Assembly (NCBI GenBank): GCA_964637135.1
Contig: CAZWTX010000020.1
Coordinates: 1-46,275 of the forward strand
Length of the DNA stretch: 46,275 nt
Reading direction: 5' to 3'
Origin: an uncultured Methanospirillum sp.
Lineage (GTDB): Archaea > Halobacteriota > Methanomicrobia > Methanomicrobiales > Methanospirillaceae
Part shown: in pieces, positions 8,315-19,045 of the stretch
How positions within the stretch are numbered: the stretch's first letter is position 1
Layout of the letters: every line of letters starts with the position of its first letter
Translations under genes and position numbers: made by a program
The notes under the pieces: model-generated
What the model was told of the DNA's origin: nothing
Seen by the model: the letters and a program-made list of their open reading frames with translations, nothing else
Databases searched by the model: none

Positions 8315-9911
8315 TTATATTCTGGCAAATTTTGCCATATAGATTCCCGGCATCCCACGGATCGCTTCCATGACATCATTCGGTACATCGCTGTCCACGT
8401 TGAGGACCATAATCGCCTCTTCCCCTGCCCTGAATCGTCCAACCTGCATTCCGGCGATGTTAATATTCGATTCACCAAGGATGGTGGATGCCCGGCCGAT
8501 TACCCCGGGTTTATCCNNNNNNNNNNAGGTGACGGGAGATGATGACTGCTCCTTCAGGAACCATGTCCATCGTGTATCCGCTGATGGAGACGATCCGCGC
8601 GCCGCCCTTGTACATCACAGAACCGCTGATGCTGATCTCGCCCTTATCGGTGAACACTTTCAGGGTGATCAGGTTGCGATATCCGGACGATTCTTCGGTC
8701 ATGGTTTCAGCAACGGAAATTCCCCGGTCTTTTGCAATAAATGAAGCATTGACCATGTTCACCGGCGTCCGGAGGATCGGGTCAAGAAGCCCCTTGAGTG
8801 CCATCAGGGTGACGAGTTTCGTGGAATTTCCGATGGAGGAGAGATCGCCGCCATAGGTCATCTCAACCTTCTGCATCTTTCCTTCCAGGATCTGGACTGC
8901 AAAGCGCCCCATCTTCTCGGCAAGCGTTGCATAGGGCTCAACGACTTCATGCTGCTCGGCCGGAATGATCGGCGCATTGACCACGTACTTTGCATCCTGT
9001 CCGTTCAGGACATCAAGGCACTGGTACGCGATGGAGATGGCAACATTCTTCTGTGCCTCCACGGTACTCGCGCCGAGATGTGGTGTCAGGACGATCCCCG
9101 GAATCCCGATAAGCGGACAGTTCTTCGGAGGTTCTTCTTCGAAGACATCAATTGCTGCCCCGGCGACTTTCCCAGCCTTAACTGCATCGGCAAGTGCCTG
9201 TTCATCGATGATGCCGCCTCTCGCACAATTGATGATACGCACCCCGTCTTTCATGGTGGCAATGGACTTTTCGTTAATAATGTGCCGGGTCTCCTTGATC
9301 AGCGGCGTATGGACGGTTATGATATCTGCCTGTCTGAACAGATCCTCAAGGGACATGGATGTGATGCCCATCTCGGCGGCTTTCTCGCTACTGATGAACG
9401 GATCATACCCGATGATCCGTGCATTGAAGGATGATGCCCGCTTTGCAATCTCGCGCCCAATTCTTCCAAGCCCGACAATACCAAGGATCTTTTCATTCAG
9501 TTCAACACCCATGAACTTGGACCGTTTCCATTCCCCGGCCTGCATTGATGCATTCGCCTGGGGAATATTCCGGCAGAGAGAAAGCATCATTGCCATGGTA
9601 TGTTCGGTCGCGGCAAGGGTATTACCTTCAGGTGCATTGGCAACGATGATTCCCTTGCGGGTGGCAGCATTCATATCGATATTATCGACGCCTGCACCGG
9701 CCCTGCCGATGAACTTCAGTTTCTTTCCGGCTTCGATGACCCGTTCGGTAACCTGAGTTCCCGACCGCACGAGGAGGGCATCGTAATTGTCTATTGTCGC
9801 GACGAGCTCATCTTCTGAAAGGCCGGTCTGGATGTCGACCATTACCTTCTCCCGCAGGATTTCAATCCCTTCTTCAGCGAGTTCGTCACTCACAAGAACG
9901 TTAAATGTCAC
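8315..9911 (-). CDS. serA: D-3-phosphoglycerate dehydrogenase (spans a 10-N scaffold gap)
   Basis: LLVRSGT, GRAGAGVDNID, GLGRIG, NCARGG, TPHLGAST. Removing the Ns at 8517-8526 gives a continuous ISRHLDKPGVIGRAS ACT domain ending AKFARI*. Confidence 0.95.
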
Positions 9912-9980
9912 AGTACCCTCTATTAGGTCTGCGGAAGATGTCTTGATAGTTCCCTGTGGGGATCAAAAAAAACAGAATAA

Positions 9981-11396
9981 TTACCGCTCAAAGAGAGCGG
10001 TCTGAACATCCCGGTCGACGATCGTGACACACCGGGTGTCAGATATCTCGTTTTTAATCTCCACCGGGTAGCAGCCGGTCAGGCACCCGAGGCAGAGATC
10101 ATGGGCAGGTTTACCAACCGCCGTTACAAGGGCCGGAAGAGAGATGTAATGGAGACTTGTTGCCGTGATACTTTTCCGGACTTCCTCAACATCCTTGTCA
10201 CTCCCGATAAGTTCGCTTCTCGTGGGCATGTCGACGCCAAGATAGCAGGGTGCCTTGATGATCGGGGATCCGATTCTCATGTGGATATCCCGTGCACCGG
10301 CATCACGCATGATCTCGATGATGCGGCGCGAGGTTGTGCCCCTCACGATCGAGTCATCCACGAGAACGATCGATTTCCCTCTCAGATGATCTGGAATCGG
10401 GTTGAGTTTCATCCGTACCGCCCGTTCCCGTTTCTCCTGGGTTGGCATGATGAATGTCCGCCCCATGTACCGGTTCTTTATCAGGCATTCCATAAAGGGA
10501 ATGTTTGATCGTTCGGAGAACCCGACGGCATATGCAGTTCCGGAATCCGGAACCGTACATACCGCATCTGCGGTTACCGGTTCCTCATCAAATATAGTCG
10601 ATCCAATCTTCCGTCTGACGTCATATACCAGGGATCCGTCAATGTACGAGTCTGAACGGGCAAAATAGATGTACTCAAAGACACAGTGGCCCTTCTTCTC
10701 CGCGACAGCAATCTGCCGGGTTCTGACCGTTTTTCCGCTGATGTGAATCATCTCACCGGGAAGAACATCCCGTTCAAAAGTTCCGGAGAGGGCGTCAATG
10801 GCAACGCTCTCGGACGCAATGATGTATCCGTCATCGACCGTTCCAAAACAGAGCGGCCGGATCCCGTGAGGATCGCGGAATGCATAGAGATCCCCGTCAC
10901 ACATCATGACGACCGAGTAGGAGCCTTTCAGGCATTCCATACATTTTCGCACGGCATCCTCGATCGTTCCGCCACTTCGTACCGATTCAGTGATAATTTT
11001 TGAGATGATTTCGGTATCAGAGGTGGACCAGAAGATCTGTCCCTTGTCTTCGAAGTAGGTTCTCAGTTCCCGGTAATTGACCAGATTCCCGTTATGGGCG
11101 ATCGCAATGACATGTCCGCGATACGTGAAGAGAAACGGCTGGATATTTTCAGGCCGCCTCTCCCCGGTTGTCGGGTACCTGACATGCCCGATCCCCACCG
11201 TTCCGGTCAGGGAAGCAAGTGTTGACTCGTTAAAGACTTCTGCTACAAGGCCGTTTCCTTTATGCTTGGAAACACCGGTTCCGTTATACGTGGCAATCCC
11301 TGCGCTTTCCTGCCCGCGATGCTGGAGGGCATACAGCGCGTAGTACAAAGAAAAAGAGACGTCGGACGTTGAACTGATGCCAACGATCCCACACAT
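9981..11396 (-). CDS. purF: Amidophosphoribosyltransferase
   Basis: N-terminal MCGIVG, LQHRGQESAG, GHVRYPTTG, CVFEYIYFAR, LVDDSIVRGTT, C-terminal CLGCLTG. Confidence 0.97.
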   Translation of the reverse strand: MCGIVGISSTSDVSFSLYYALYALQHRGQESAGIATYNGTGVSKHKGNGLVAEVFNESTLASLTGTVGIGHVRYPTTGERRPENIQPFLFTYRGHVIAIAHNGNLVNYRELRTYFEDKGQIFWSTSDTEIISKIITESVRSGGTIEDAVRKCMECLKGSYSVVMMCDGDLYAFRDPHGIRPLCFGTVDDGYIIASESVAIDALSGTFERDVLPGEMIHISGKTVRTRQIAVAEKKGHCVFEYIYFARSDSYIDGSLVYDVRRKIGSTIFDEEPVTADAVCTVPDSGTAYAVGFSERSNIPFMECLIKNRYMGRTFIMPTQEKRERAVRMKLNPIPDHLRGKSIVLVDDSIVRGTTSRRIIEIMRDAGARDIHMRIGSPIIKAPCYLGVDMPTRSELIGSDKDVEEVRKSITATSLHYISLPALVTAVGKPAHDLCLGCLTGCYPVEIKNEISDTRCVTIVDRDVQTALFER

Positions 11397-11398
11397 GA

Positions 11399-11581
11399 TT
11401 AATGCGTTGCTACCTGTGGTCTCTTGTTAATCCAGCGGTATGAACGCATTCGTGAGGTCCGGCCAAAGCCGCATGATGAACAGATTTTATGGCGTTTATG
11501 GTACGACATCTTCCCGCATCTTCTACAGGTCAGATGAGTCTGCGTCTGTCGCTTTCCACGTGATGGAGTTCCTTTTGACAT
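11399..11581 (-). CDS. rpl37e: 50S ribosomal protein L37e
   Basis: [11 protein letters not shown]...[11 protein letters not shown]....CSSCGFG zinc finger. Confidence 0.97.
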   Translation of the reverse strand: MSKGTPSRGKRQTQTHLTCRRCGKMSYHKRHKICSSCGFGRTSRMRSYRWINKRPQVATH

Positions 11582-11594
11582 AATTAATTACCTC

Positions 11595-11822
11595 TTATTG
11601 TGGGTTTGGAGAGATGTAAATGACGTTATCGCCACGAATAATCAGGGTACCGATGCTCAGGACCTTTCCGTCCACTACCTCTTCGGCCTTGTCAAGGACG
11701 AGGTTCATGTGGACGTCATATCCCTGGAGAACTCCTTTAATCTCCCGTCCGCCCTTGAGAGATACCAATACCGGTTGCCGATTCAGGACCTGATCTAAAA
11801 TATCCATAGGTCTTTTGGTCAT
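11595..11822 (-). CDS. Sm/Lsm-like archaeal RNA-binding protein
   Basis: RPMDIL...[25 protein letters not shown]...[12 protein letters not shown]; conserved position upstream of L37e. Confidence 0.95.
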   Translation of the reverse strand: MTKRPMDILDQVLNRQPVLVSLKGGREIKGVLQGYDVHMNLVLDKAEEVVDGKVLSIGTLIIRGDNVIYISPNPQ

Positions 11823-12047
11823 ATTACTACCCTGCACTACTCGAAATGAGTGAATAAATTGCGCGTGGACTGCACTTAAACATACCTGTCCGATCTCAGG
11901 GTTCAATCAGGGTGAAGAAGAATCCTTCTTCCTGACTGATCCGTCTGCTCGCTCTCAGATATGCTGCAGGATATGGTATCTGTTGCGGAGAGAGCAACTG
12001 GCACCGTGGAGTATAAGCAGCAGGGTAAACAACTTAGCATCAGACCT

Positions 12048-12545
12048 ATGGGGAAACTGACTGCAAAACGCCGCCATTCTATACGGAAGTCACAGGTAGG
12101 ATCCATTATTGATGCCCTCCGCAAAGAGATCGGATCATCAGCCGATCTTTTTACCGGAAAGATGTTTGAAGTCATAGAAACCGGGGAGGACCTGCATCTG
12201 TACCTTGTCGATAAGCAGCCATACCTGCTTGAGATGTCGGAGGTTATCTTTCCAAGCCTTCGTGGCGCTCTTGCAAAACCATTTCCCGAGCGCCGGGTTA
12301 CGGTGGACATGGGGGCCGTCTCTTTCGTCATCAACGGGGCTGATATCATGCGTCCAGGGATCACCTCGGTCTCGCCTGACGTAAAGGCAGGCAGGCCGGT
12401 TCAGATAGTTGACGAGCGTCACCAGAAACCCCTTGCCCTGGGAATCGCCCAGTATGACGCTGAAGAACTCATGGCTCTCGAGAAAGGGAAAGGAGTGAAG
12501 ACCTATCATTACGTCGGTGATGAGATCTGGACAATCGAACTCTGA
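12048..12545 (+). CDS. PUA-domain RNA-binding protein (MCT-1/Tma20-like)
   Basis: FPSL...VTVDMGAVSFVINGADIMRPGI...KPLALG...KGKGVKTYHYVGDEIW. Confidence 0.9.
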   Translation: MGKLTAKRRHSIRKSQVGSIIDALRKEIGSSADLFTGKMFEVIETGEDLHLYLVDKQPYLLEMSEVIFPSLRGALAKPFPERRVTVDMGAVSFVINGADIMRPGITSVSPDVKAGRPVQIVDERHQKPLALGIAQYDAEELMALEKGKGVKTYHYVGDEIWTIEL

Positions 12546-12614
12546 TCCCTGAAACAGGGCTGTGAGTGCCCGGAAAACCAGCATCTTTAATACATCTGAC
12601 AGAAAAGGTTCTTC

Positions 12615-12977
12615 ATGGGACTTCGTGACCTTCTCTTCGGTAACAAGGATGTCGGTGACCCCGACCAGTATAAAGAACTCCCCCTGAAAGATTTCGAGCT
12701 CAGTGAGAGCCCTGCCCTTCTGGTCAAGATCGCAACCGTTACCGGTCTTCGCGAGAGCCAGATCGTGAAGGATCAGATATACGACGGAAATATCGTGATA
12801 GTGGATATTACCCGGCTAAAACTGGATAAGATCAACTATGAGCGGGTCATGAAAGACTTCTACCAGGTTGCACGCGATGTCGACGGGGATATCGTCGGAC
12901 TTGGTGACCAGCAATACGTGGTCATATGCCCGCGGAATGTCAAGATCTCACGGGATCGTATCGGTGGCGGAGCATAA
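12615..12977 (+). CDS. sepF: Cell division protein SepF (archaeal)
   Basis: VKDQIYDGNIVIVDI...VDGDIVGLG...VVICPRNVKISR; usual context next to ZPR1. Confidence 0.88.
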   Translation: MGLRDLLFGNKDVGDPDQYKELPLKDFELSESPALLVKIATVTGLRESQIVKDQIYDGNIVIVDITRLKLDKINYERVMKDFYQVARDVDGDIVGLGDQQYVVICPRNVKISRDRIGGGA

Positions 12978-13506
12978 GATTCGTCAGGAGGTCAGCGGAT
13001 CCTGTCCGGCCTGCGGAGACGATATCAACTACCTCTATGAGACAGAACATATCCCATACTTTTCTGATATCCTGATCATCACCTGTTCCTGTCAGTCATG
13101 CGGGTACCGGTTCTCCGATGTTCAGTGTCTCTCAACGAGTGAGCCGGTGATCTACACGCTTGAGGTAACCTCGGAGGAGGATCTCAACTCGCGGGTGGTC
13201 AGGAGTACCTGCGGAACGATAACGATCCCTGAACTCGGGGTGGAGATCACACCCGGTCCCGCGTGCGAGGGGTTTATCTCTAATGTCGAGGGGGTGCTCA
13301 GCCGGGTGGATCATGTCCTCGACGGTATCCTGATTGACGGGGACCCGGACCAGAGGATGAAAGCGATCCGGCTGAAAGAACAGATCGTGAACATTATCGC
13401 AGGAAAAGAACGAATGACCCTGATTATTGATGACCCTGCGGGAAATTCACTGATTGCATCTGAACGGGCGAAAAAAGAGACGTATGAGCCTTCTTCTCAA
13501 TCCTGA
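12964..13506 (+). CDS. ZPR1-type zinc finger protein
   Basis: CPAC...IPYF...CQSCGYRFSDV, RVVRS, IPELG, GFISNVEG, DPAGNS. GTG start at 12964 overlaps the sepF end. Confidence 0.92.
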   Translation: MAEHKIRQEVSGSCPACGDDINYLYETEHIPYFSDILIITCSCQSCGYRFSDVQCLSTSEPVIYTLEVTSEEDLNSRVVRSTCGTITIPELGVEITPGPACEGFISNVEGVLSRVDHVLDGILIDGDPDQRMKAIRLKEQIVNIIAGKERMTLIIDDPAGNSLIASERAKKETYEPSSQS

Positions 13507-14510
13507 CCGGTAAAGGGTTCACCATTCAGGAAAACGCCTGGCTCCCCGGTGACCTCACCGACGACTTTTGCATCAGGGTACCCATCAATAACCGCGGAGA
13601 CATGCTCCGGTGCAGTGACACATACATACCCCATACCCATGTTAAAGGTCCGGTACATCTCGTAATCAGAAATATTCCCCGATTCCTGCATCCACCGGAA
13701 GATCTCGTGAGAAGGAAGCGGATCATCAATCGAGAATCCATATCCTGAGAGCCGTGTCAGGTTCAGAAGCCCGCCGCCGGTGATATGGCACATGCCGTGA
13801 ATACTGGTTTTTCCGGCAAGTTCTGGAATCCCGGCATAGATACGGGTCGGCATGAGAAGGGTTTCCCCGAATGTCTTTCCGCCGGACAGGGTATCGTCAT
13901 AGGAAGCATACTCCTTCACCAGTTTCCGTGCCAGGGTAAGGCCGTTACTGTGAATGCCTGAAGACGGGATCCCGATGATCCGGTCGCCTGGAGCGATCTT
14001 CCCGCCGGTGATCACCCGGTCTCTCTCAGCGATCCCGAGGCATGCTCCTGCGAGATCCAGCCCGGTGACGAGCCCTTTCAGGGTCGCGGTCTCTCCGCCG
14101 ATGATCGAGATGTTTGCCTGCCGGGCTCCTTCGTTCAGTCCCCTGCCGATCTGTTTCATCTGGTCAATCGAGAGAGCAGACGTGGCTATGTAATCGACGA
14201 ATGCGACCGGTTCGAGATTCATAACATACAGGTCATTGACGTTCATCGCGATGCAGTCGATTCCGACCGTGGTCCAGTCTTCCAGTTCATCAGCGATGAG
14301 CATCTTGGTACCGACCCCATCAACTGCCAGTGCGAGAACGTACTTTCCAAAGGTGATAAATCCGGCAAAATGCCCGATTTCAGATGCCATTGGGTAATCG
14401 CCGGTTCGCCGAAACGTCAGCTGGGAGACCAGGGCTTTTACTGCCTGTGCCTCGAGTGAGATATCGACTCCCGCTTCGCGGTATGCATCCCGCTTATTTT
14501 CCCGGTTCAT
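13497..14510 (-). CDS. purM: Phosphoribosylformylglycinamidine cyclo-ligase
   Basis: YREAGVD, DGVGTK, GIDCIAMNVND, GGETA, SSGIHSNG, HITGGG, TFNMGMG; ATGA overlap with the aspartokinase stop. Confidence 0.96.
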   Translation of the reverse strand: MNRENKRDAYREAGVDISLEAQAVKALVSQLTFRRTGDYPMASEIGHFAGFITFGKYVLALAVDGVGTKMLIADELEDWTTVGIDCIAMNVNDLYVMNLEPVAFVDYIATSALSIDQMKQIGRGLNEGARQANISIIGGETATLKGLVTGLDLAGACLGIAERDRVITGGKIAPGDRIIGIPSSGIHSNGLTLARKLVKEYASYDDTLSGGKTFGETLLMPTRIYAGIPELAGKTSIHGMCHITGGGLLNLTRLSGYGFSIDDPLPSHEIFRWMQESGNISDYEMYRTFNMGMGYVCVTAPEHVSAVIDGYPDAKVVGEVTGEPGVFLNGEPFTGQD

Positions 14511-15913
14511 GTACATTCCTCGCCGTTCTGAGAGAGTTTAAACTCATCATGCAGGATTTTCACCGCACGCGGACCATCCTCCTGTTTTACAACAAAGGAG
14601 ATGTTCACCTCTGAGGAACCCTGGGAGATCATCATGATGTTGATCCCCTCACGCCCGAGTGCAGCAAACGTCCGTCCTGCCGTCCCGGCCGTCCCTGCCA
14701 TGCCTGATCCAACTACGGCAACGGCACAGATGTTCCGGTTCTCGGAGATGTCCTTGACGACACACCGCTCCTTCAGCGGACTTAATGCCTCCATGGCATT
14801 CTTTACCTGGCTCTCCTCGATGATGAGGGTGATGTTGGCTTCCGAGGAACCCTGGGAGATCATCATGACGTTGATCTGGTGATCGGCAAGAAGGGAAAAG
14901 ATCTTCCTGGCAACTCCCGGCCGGCCGATCATCTGGGCTCCGGTGATGGCAATTGCGGCTACCTTGTCAATGAAGGTGATCGCCTTAACAACTCTCGTCT
15001 CCCTGATGTCTCCGCCCTGGATACAGGTACCCGGGTACTCCCTGTTGAAGGTGTTTTTGACCCAGACGGGTATCTGCTTCTGCATTGCCGGTTCGATTGA
15101 ACGGGAATGCATCACTTTCGCACCAAAGTAGGAGAGTTCCATGACCTCGATATAGGAGATCCGGGGTATGACCCTCGCTTCCTTCACGAGGCGGGGATCG
15201 GTGGTCATGATCCCGTCGACATCAGTCCAGATCCAGATCTCATCAACGGTCAGGGCAGCTCCGAGAATAGCCGCTGTATAGTCTGATCCGCTCCTCCCAA
15301 GGGTCGTGACAACCCCGTTCTCCGTGCATCCCATAAAACCCATCACCACCGGAACAGAATGTCCGATGAGGGGTTCTAAACGGCTGCGAATCCGCGATTC
15401 CCCGGCTGGCAGGGCAATGGCGTCACCATGATTGGCAGTGGTCAGGATTCCGGCCTCGCACCCGTCAAGGACGAGGGAGGAGATCCCCTGCTGCCGGAGA
15501 GCTGCACTGAAAACCGGGGCATTCAGGCGTTCTCCGAATGATATGATATAATCCCGTGACCGGTGAGTCAGTTCGCGGAGATGGTAAATTGCATAGAGAA
15601 AATCACGCAGGTTTTCTATTCTCCGCGTGATGATCTCACTGGTTTCCGGGTAATAATCCGGAGCAACCTCTTTGAGTGTTTTCAGGTGACTTTCCGTCAG
15701 GTACTCGACAAGCCCGGTGACTTCTTCTCCGTCGCGGGAATGGATCATCTTCTCGGCAACCTCGATGATACGGTCCGTCACGCCGCGTTGTGCTGAGACG
15801 ACGACCACCATCCGGGTGCCCTTTGCATGGTGACCGGACACGATCTCCACTGCCTGCCTGACTGCCTGCGGGTTCTGTACAGAAGTCCCCCCGAATTTCA
15901 TTATCAGTTTCAT
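14507..15913 (-). CDS. lysC: Aspartate kinase
   Basis: MKFGGTSV, SFGERL, TLGRSGSDY, WTDVDG, ELSYFGAKV; two ACT repeats MISQGSSE. Confidence 0.95.
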   Translation of the reverse strand: MKLIMKFGGTSVQNPQAVRQAVEIVSGHHAKGTRMVVVVSAQRGVTDRIIEVAEKMIHSRDGEEVTGLVEYLTESHLKTLKEVAPDYYPETSEIITRRIENLRDFLYAIYHLRELTHRSRDYIISFGERLNAPVFSAALRQQGISSLVLDGCEAGILTTANHGDAIALPAGESRIRSRLEPLIGHSVPVVMGFMGCTENGVVTTLGRSGSDYTAAILGAALTVDEIWIWTDVDGIMTTDPRLVKEARVIPRISYIEVMELSYFGAKVMHSRSIEPAMQKQIPVWVKNTFNREYPGTCIQGGDIRETRVVKAITFIDKVAAIAITGAQMIGRPGVARKIFSLLADHQINVMMISQGSSEANITLIIEESQVKNAMEALSPLKERCVVKDISENRNICAVAVVGSGMAGTAGTAGRTFAALGREGINIMMISQGSSEVNISFVVKQEDGPRAVKILHDEFKLSQNGEECT

Positions 15914-15974
15914 TGTCGCCAGAGCTTCCCGTGTTCCTCTTTTATCTCATGTTAGCGCGCACTCTACTAATAAG

Positions 15975-17597
15975 ATGCAGATCAAGGAGATCATCACCGG
16001 TCATGTCCTGATCATCGGCAGTGGCGGCTCCGGTGTCAGGGCTGCCATCGAGGCCTCTTCTCACGGCCAGGTCGTGCTCGTATCCAAGACCATTGCCGGC
16101 AAGGGAGGATGCACGATCATGGCAGAGGGCGGATATAACGCCGTTCTCTGTGGGGATGACTGTACTGACGATCACTTTGCCGACACGATGAAAGGCGGAG
16201 CCTGGCTGAATGATCCGGCCCTTGTCCGGATCCTCGTTGACGAGGCCGGTTCGCGGATGGAGGATCTTATCTCCTGGGGGGCGGTTTTTGACGTGACCGA
16301 AAACCGGACCATCTGCCAGCGGCCGTTCGGCGGGCAGTCCTTCCCGAGAACCTGTTATGCCGGCGACCGGACCGGGCATGAGATGATGGTAACCCTGATG
16401 GAGCGGCTCGCAGCAACGGATGTCAGAGTCTGTCACGAGATCTCGATTGTGGATCTCATCATTGACAACGGCCGGGTTTCCGGGGCGCTCGGTCTTGACC
16501 GAGATGGAGCCCTGATCGTCTTCCTTGCCGATGCAACGATCCTTGCCACCGGTGGGGGAACGAGGGTATACGATATCTCAACGAACTCGATGAGCGGGAC
16601 CGGAGACGGTTATGCCATGGCATACCGGGCAGGGGCAGAACTGATTGACATGGAGCAGATCCAGTTTCACCCGACCGGAGCTGTGTACCCGTGGGATTCG
16701 AGAGGAAGACTCGTGACCGAGGCAGTTCGTGGTGAAGGAGGCGTTCTTCGCAACGCCCTCGGTGAGCGGTTCATGGCACGGTACGACCCGGTAAAGATGG
16801 AACTCTCTACACGGGATGTCGTGGCCCGGGCCTGTGCCACCGAGATCAATGAAGGAAGAGGAACAGAACACGGGGGAGTGTGGCTTGATGTGACACACCT
16901 GCCCGCAGAACAGATCGAAGAACGGCTGCCGATGATGCTTGAACAGTTCCTCACCTATGGCGTGGATATCAGGGTCCAGAAGATGGAGGTGGCTCCGACC
17001 GCCCACCACATTATGGGCGGGGTCAGGATGGATACCCGGTGCAGGAGTACGGTTCCCGGGCTCTTTGTCTGCGGCGAAGTCGCCGGCGGTGTTCACGGGG
17101 CAAACCGGCTCGGAGGAAACGCCCTTGCCGAGACCCAGGTCTTCGGACAGCGGGCCGGAGCATTTGCGGGAGCAGAACCGGTTCGGGAAAAAACCGTTCC
17201 GGCTTCTGTCGAGGGAATGTGTGGCACCCTGGCCGGCTATGATTCCGGGGATACTCCCCCGTCGGTCGTGAAGAACCAGCTTAAGGAAGCGATGTGGAAA
17301 GGTGCAGGAATCTTCAGGACCAGAGACGGGCTGAGGAACACACTTCGTGAGATTCACCGGCTGGAATCCATGCGGCTCAAAGCCGTCCCGCCGTCCGGGT
17401 ATGCAGACTGTGCGGTAACACGCAATATGCTCACCACGTCCCGTCTCATTGTCGAATCTGCCCTTGCCCGCGAGGAGTCACGGGGAGCCCATGTCAGAAC
17501 CGATATCACCCAGACCTGGGACAATTCGAATTCTCCGTTCGGTCATACCAGGACTGATATAACCGGCACCATCCTTGAACGAAAGGAGGCAGCATGA
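15975..17597 (+). CDS. tfrA: Thiol:fumarate reductase (CoM/CoB) flavoprotein subunit
   Basis: IGSGGSG, MAEGG, QFHPTG, TEAVRGEG, TRDVVAR, HHIMGG, HGANRLGGNAL, ESRGAH; directly upstream of a TfrB-type gene. Confidence 0.9.
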   Translation: MQIKEIITGHVLIIGSGGSGVRAAIEASSHGQVVLVSKTIAGKGGCTIMAEGGYNAVLCGDDCTDDHFADTMKGGAWLNDPALVRILVDEAGSRMEDLISWGAVFDVTENRTICQRPFGGQSFPRTCYAGDRTGHEMMVTLMERLAATDVRVCHEISIVDLIIDNGRVSGALGLDRDGALIVFLADATILATGGGTRVYDISTNSMSGTGDGYAMAYRAGAELIDMEQIQFHPTGAVYPWDSRGRLVTEAVRGEGGVLRNALGERFMARYDPVKMELSTRDVVARACATEINEGRGTEHGGVWLDVTHLPAEQIEERLPMMLEQFLTYGVDIRVQKMEVAPTAHHIMGGVRMDTRCRSTVPGLFVCGEVAGGVHGANRLGGNALAETQVFGQRAGAFAGAEPVREKTVPASVEGMCGTLAGYDSGDTPPSVVKNQLKEAMWKGAGIFRTRDGLRNTLREIHRLESMRLKAVPPSGYADCAVTRNMLTTSRLIVESALAREESRGAHVRTDITQTWDNSNSPFGHTRTDITGTILERKEAA

Positions 17598-19039
17598 TTC
17601 ACCTGAACGTCAGAATTTCCCGGTATGATCCGGCATCAGGTAGGCCTGCTGAACTCGTCCCGTATGAAGTTGATGTGGCTGAGGGAGCGAGAGTACTCAA
17701 TGTACTCGAGATGATCCGGGAGACACAGGATCCGACTCTTGCCTTCCGGTGGAGTTGTCGAGCCGGCCAGTGCGGGAGTTGTGCCGTGAAAGTGAATGGT
17801 GAGCCGGCTCTTGCCTGTACGGCTGAAGCGACCGACGGGATGATCATTGAGCCGCTTGACCTCCCGGTGACTCGCGATCTCGTGGTGGATCTCGTCTCCG
17901 GCATCAACGATATCCCCCGCCTGAACTCGTGTACCTGCGGGGTAATCCCGGAACGAGAGGCTGTTCTCGCGATAAAACCGCTCCGCGACTGTATTGAGTG
18001 TCTCTCCTGTCTCTCGGTCTGCCCGGCGATCAGGGTTACTGAATTTACCGGTCCGACGGCGATGCGGGCGCATATGCGTATCGCCCTGGACCCCCGGGAA
18101 GACCGGCGGGATATCACCGATGCAATCCGTGATGGACTCTTCACCTGTACCAGTTGTAACCGGTGCTGGCGGGTCTGTCCGAAGGCAATCGAGATCCCAG
18201 GCAAGGCAATCGAGAAACTTCGAGAAATCGCAAACCGGAATGGCCTGACTCTCCCCCGCCACCAGGAAGTCGCCGAACTGGTCAGGACAACCGGCAGGAG
18301 TGTTCCTCCCACCGGGGACATCTTTCTTGACGGCATGCCGGAGGTTATCGAGCCATACGGGGAAGTGAAAGGTGAGGTCGGCTTCTTTGTCGGATGCTTG
18401 TTTAATGCCCGGCTTCCCGACCGGGCACGGGATATGATCGAGGTGATGCGGCATGCGGGAATCCGGGTGATCATCCCGCAGGATCAGGTCTGCTGCGGCT
18501 CTCCCCTGATTCGGACCGGACAGACATCTTTCCTTTCTGAATTGCAGGAGAGGAACATCCGTGCGTTTACCTCACGCGGGATCGGGACGGTGATGACGAT
18601 GTGCGCCGGATGCGGGGCTACCCTGAAACATGACTATGAGACGCCTTTCGAGGTCAGGGATGTCACCGAGATCCTGACCCGGTATGGCCTGCCCCCTCAC
18701 CGGAAGCTTCCGGTAACAGCAACATACCATGATCCCTGCCACCTCATGAACGGACAGCAGATAACCAGGGAACCCCGGGAGATCCTGAAGGGGGTTGTTG
18801 ACACCTTCATTGAGATGCCTGCTCACTGCTGCGGATCCGGCGGCGGAGTGAAATCGGGGCTTCCCGAGGAGGCAGCTGCCCTTGGTGAACTGAGACGGGA
18901 GGCGATCCGGAAGACCGGAGCTGATGTGGTGGTTACCATCTGCCCGTTCTGCGAGTACCATATCCAGGAACACACAGATAAACCGGTGAAGAACCTCATG
19001 ACCCTTCTTGCCGAATCCTTCACGGCTGACAATTCCTGA
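17594..19039 (+). CDS. tfrB: Thiol:fumarate reductase Fe-S/CCG subunit
   Basis: 2Fe-2S SCRAGQCGSC, two 4Fe-4S motifs (CIECLSCLSVCP, CTSCNRCWRVCP), two HdrD-like CCG domains (VCCGSP, YHDPCH...CCGSGGG...CPFC). Confidence 0.9.
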   Translation: MIHLNVRISRYDPASGRPAELVPYEVDVAEGARVLNVLEMIRETQDPTLAFRWSCRAGQCGSCAVKVNGEPALACTAEATDGMIIEPLDLPVTRDLVVDLVSGINDIPRLNSCTCGVIPEREAVLAIKPLRDCIECLSCLSVCPAIRVTEFTGPTAMRAHMRIALDPREDRRDITDAIRDGLFTCTSCNRCWRVCPKAIEIPGKAIEKLREIANRNGLTLPRHQEVAELVRTTGRSVPPTGDIFLDGMPEVIEPYGEVKGEVGFFVGCLFNARLPDRARDMIEVMRHAGIRVIIPQDQVCCGSPLIRTGQTSFLSELQERNIRAFTSRGIGTVMTMCAGCGATLKHDYETPFEVRDVTEILTRYGLPPHRKLPVTATYHDPCHLMNGQQITREPREILKGVVDTFIEMPAHCCGSGGGVKSGLPEEAAALGELRREAIRKTGADVVVTICPFCEYHIQEHTDKPVKNLMTLLAESFTADNS

Positions 19040-19045
19040 TCCCTG

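Noticed and set aside
8517..8526. Apparent frameshift/truncation of serA
   Set aside because: It is a 10-N scaffold gap; deleting the Ns joins CT+G into a Leu codon and restores a continuous 528-aa frame.
16578..18474. Long antisense ORFs opposite tfrAB (similar ones opposite serA, the cohesin/dockerin genes and the kinase)
   Set aside because: Shadow frames of well-supported genes in GC-rich sequence; no motifs.
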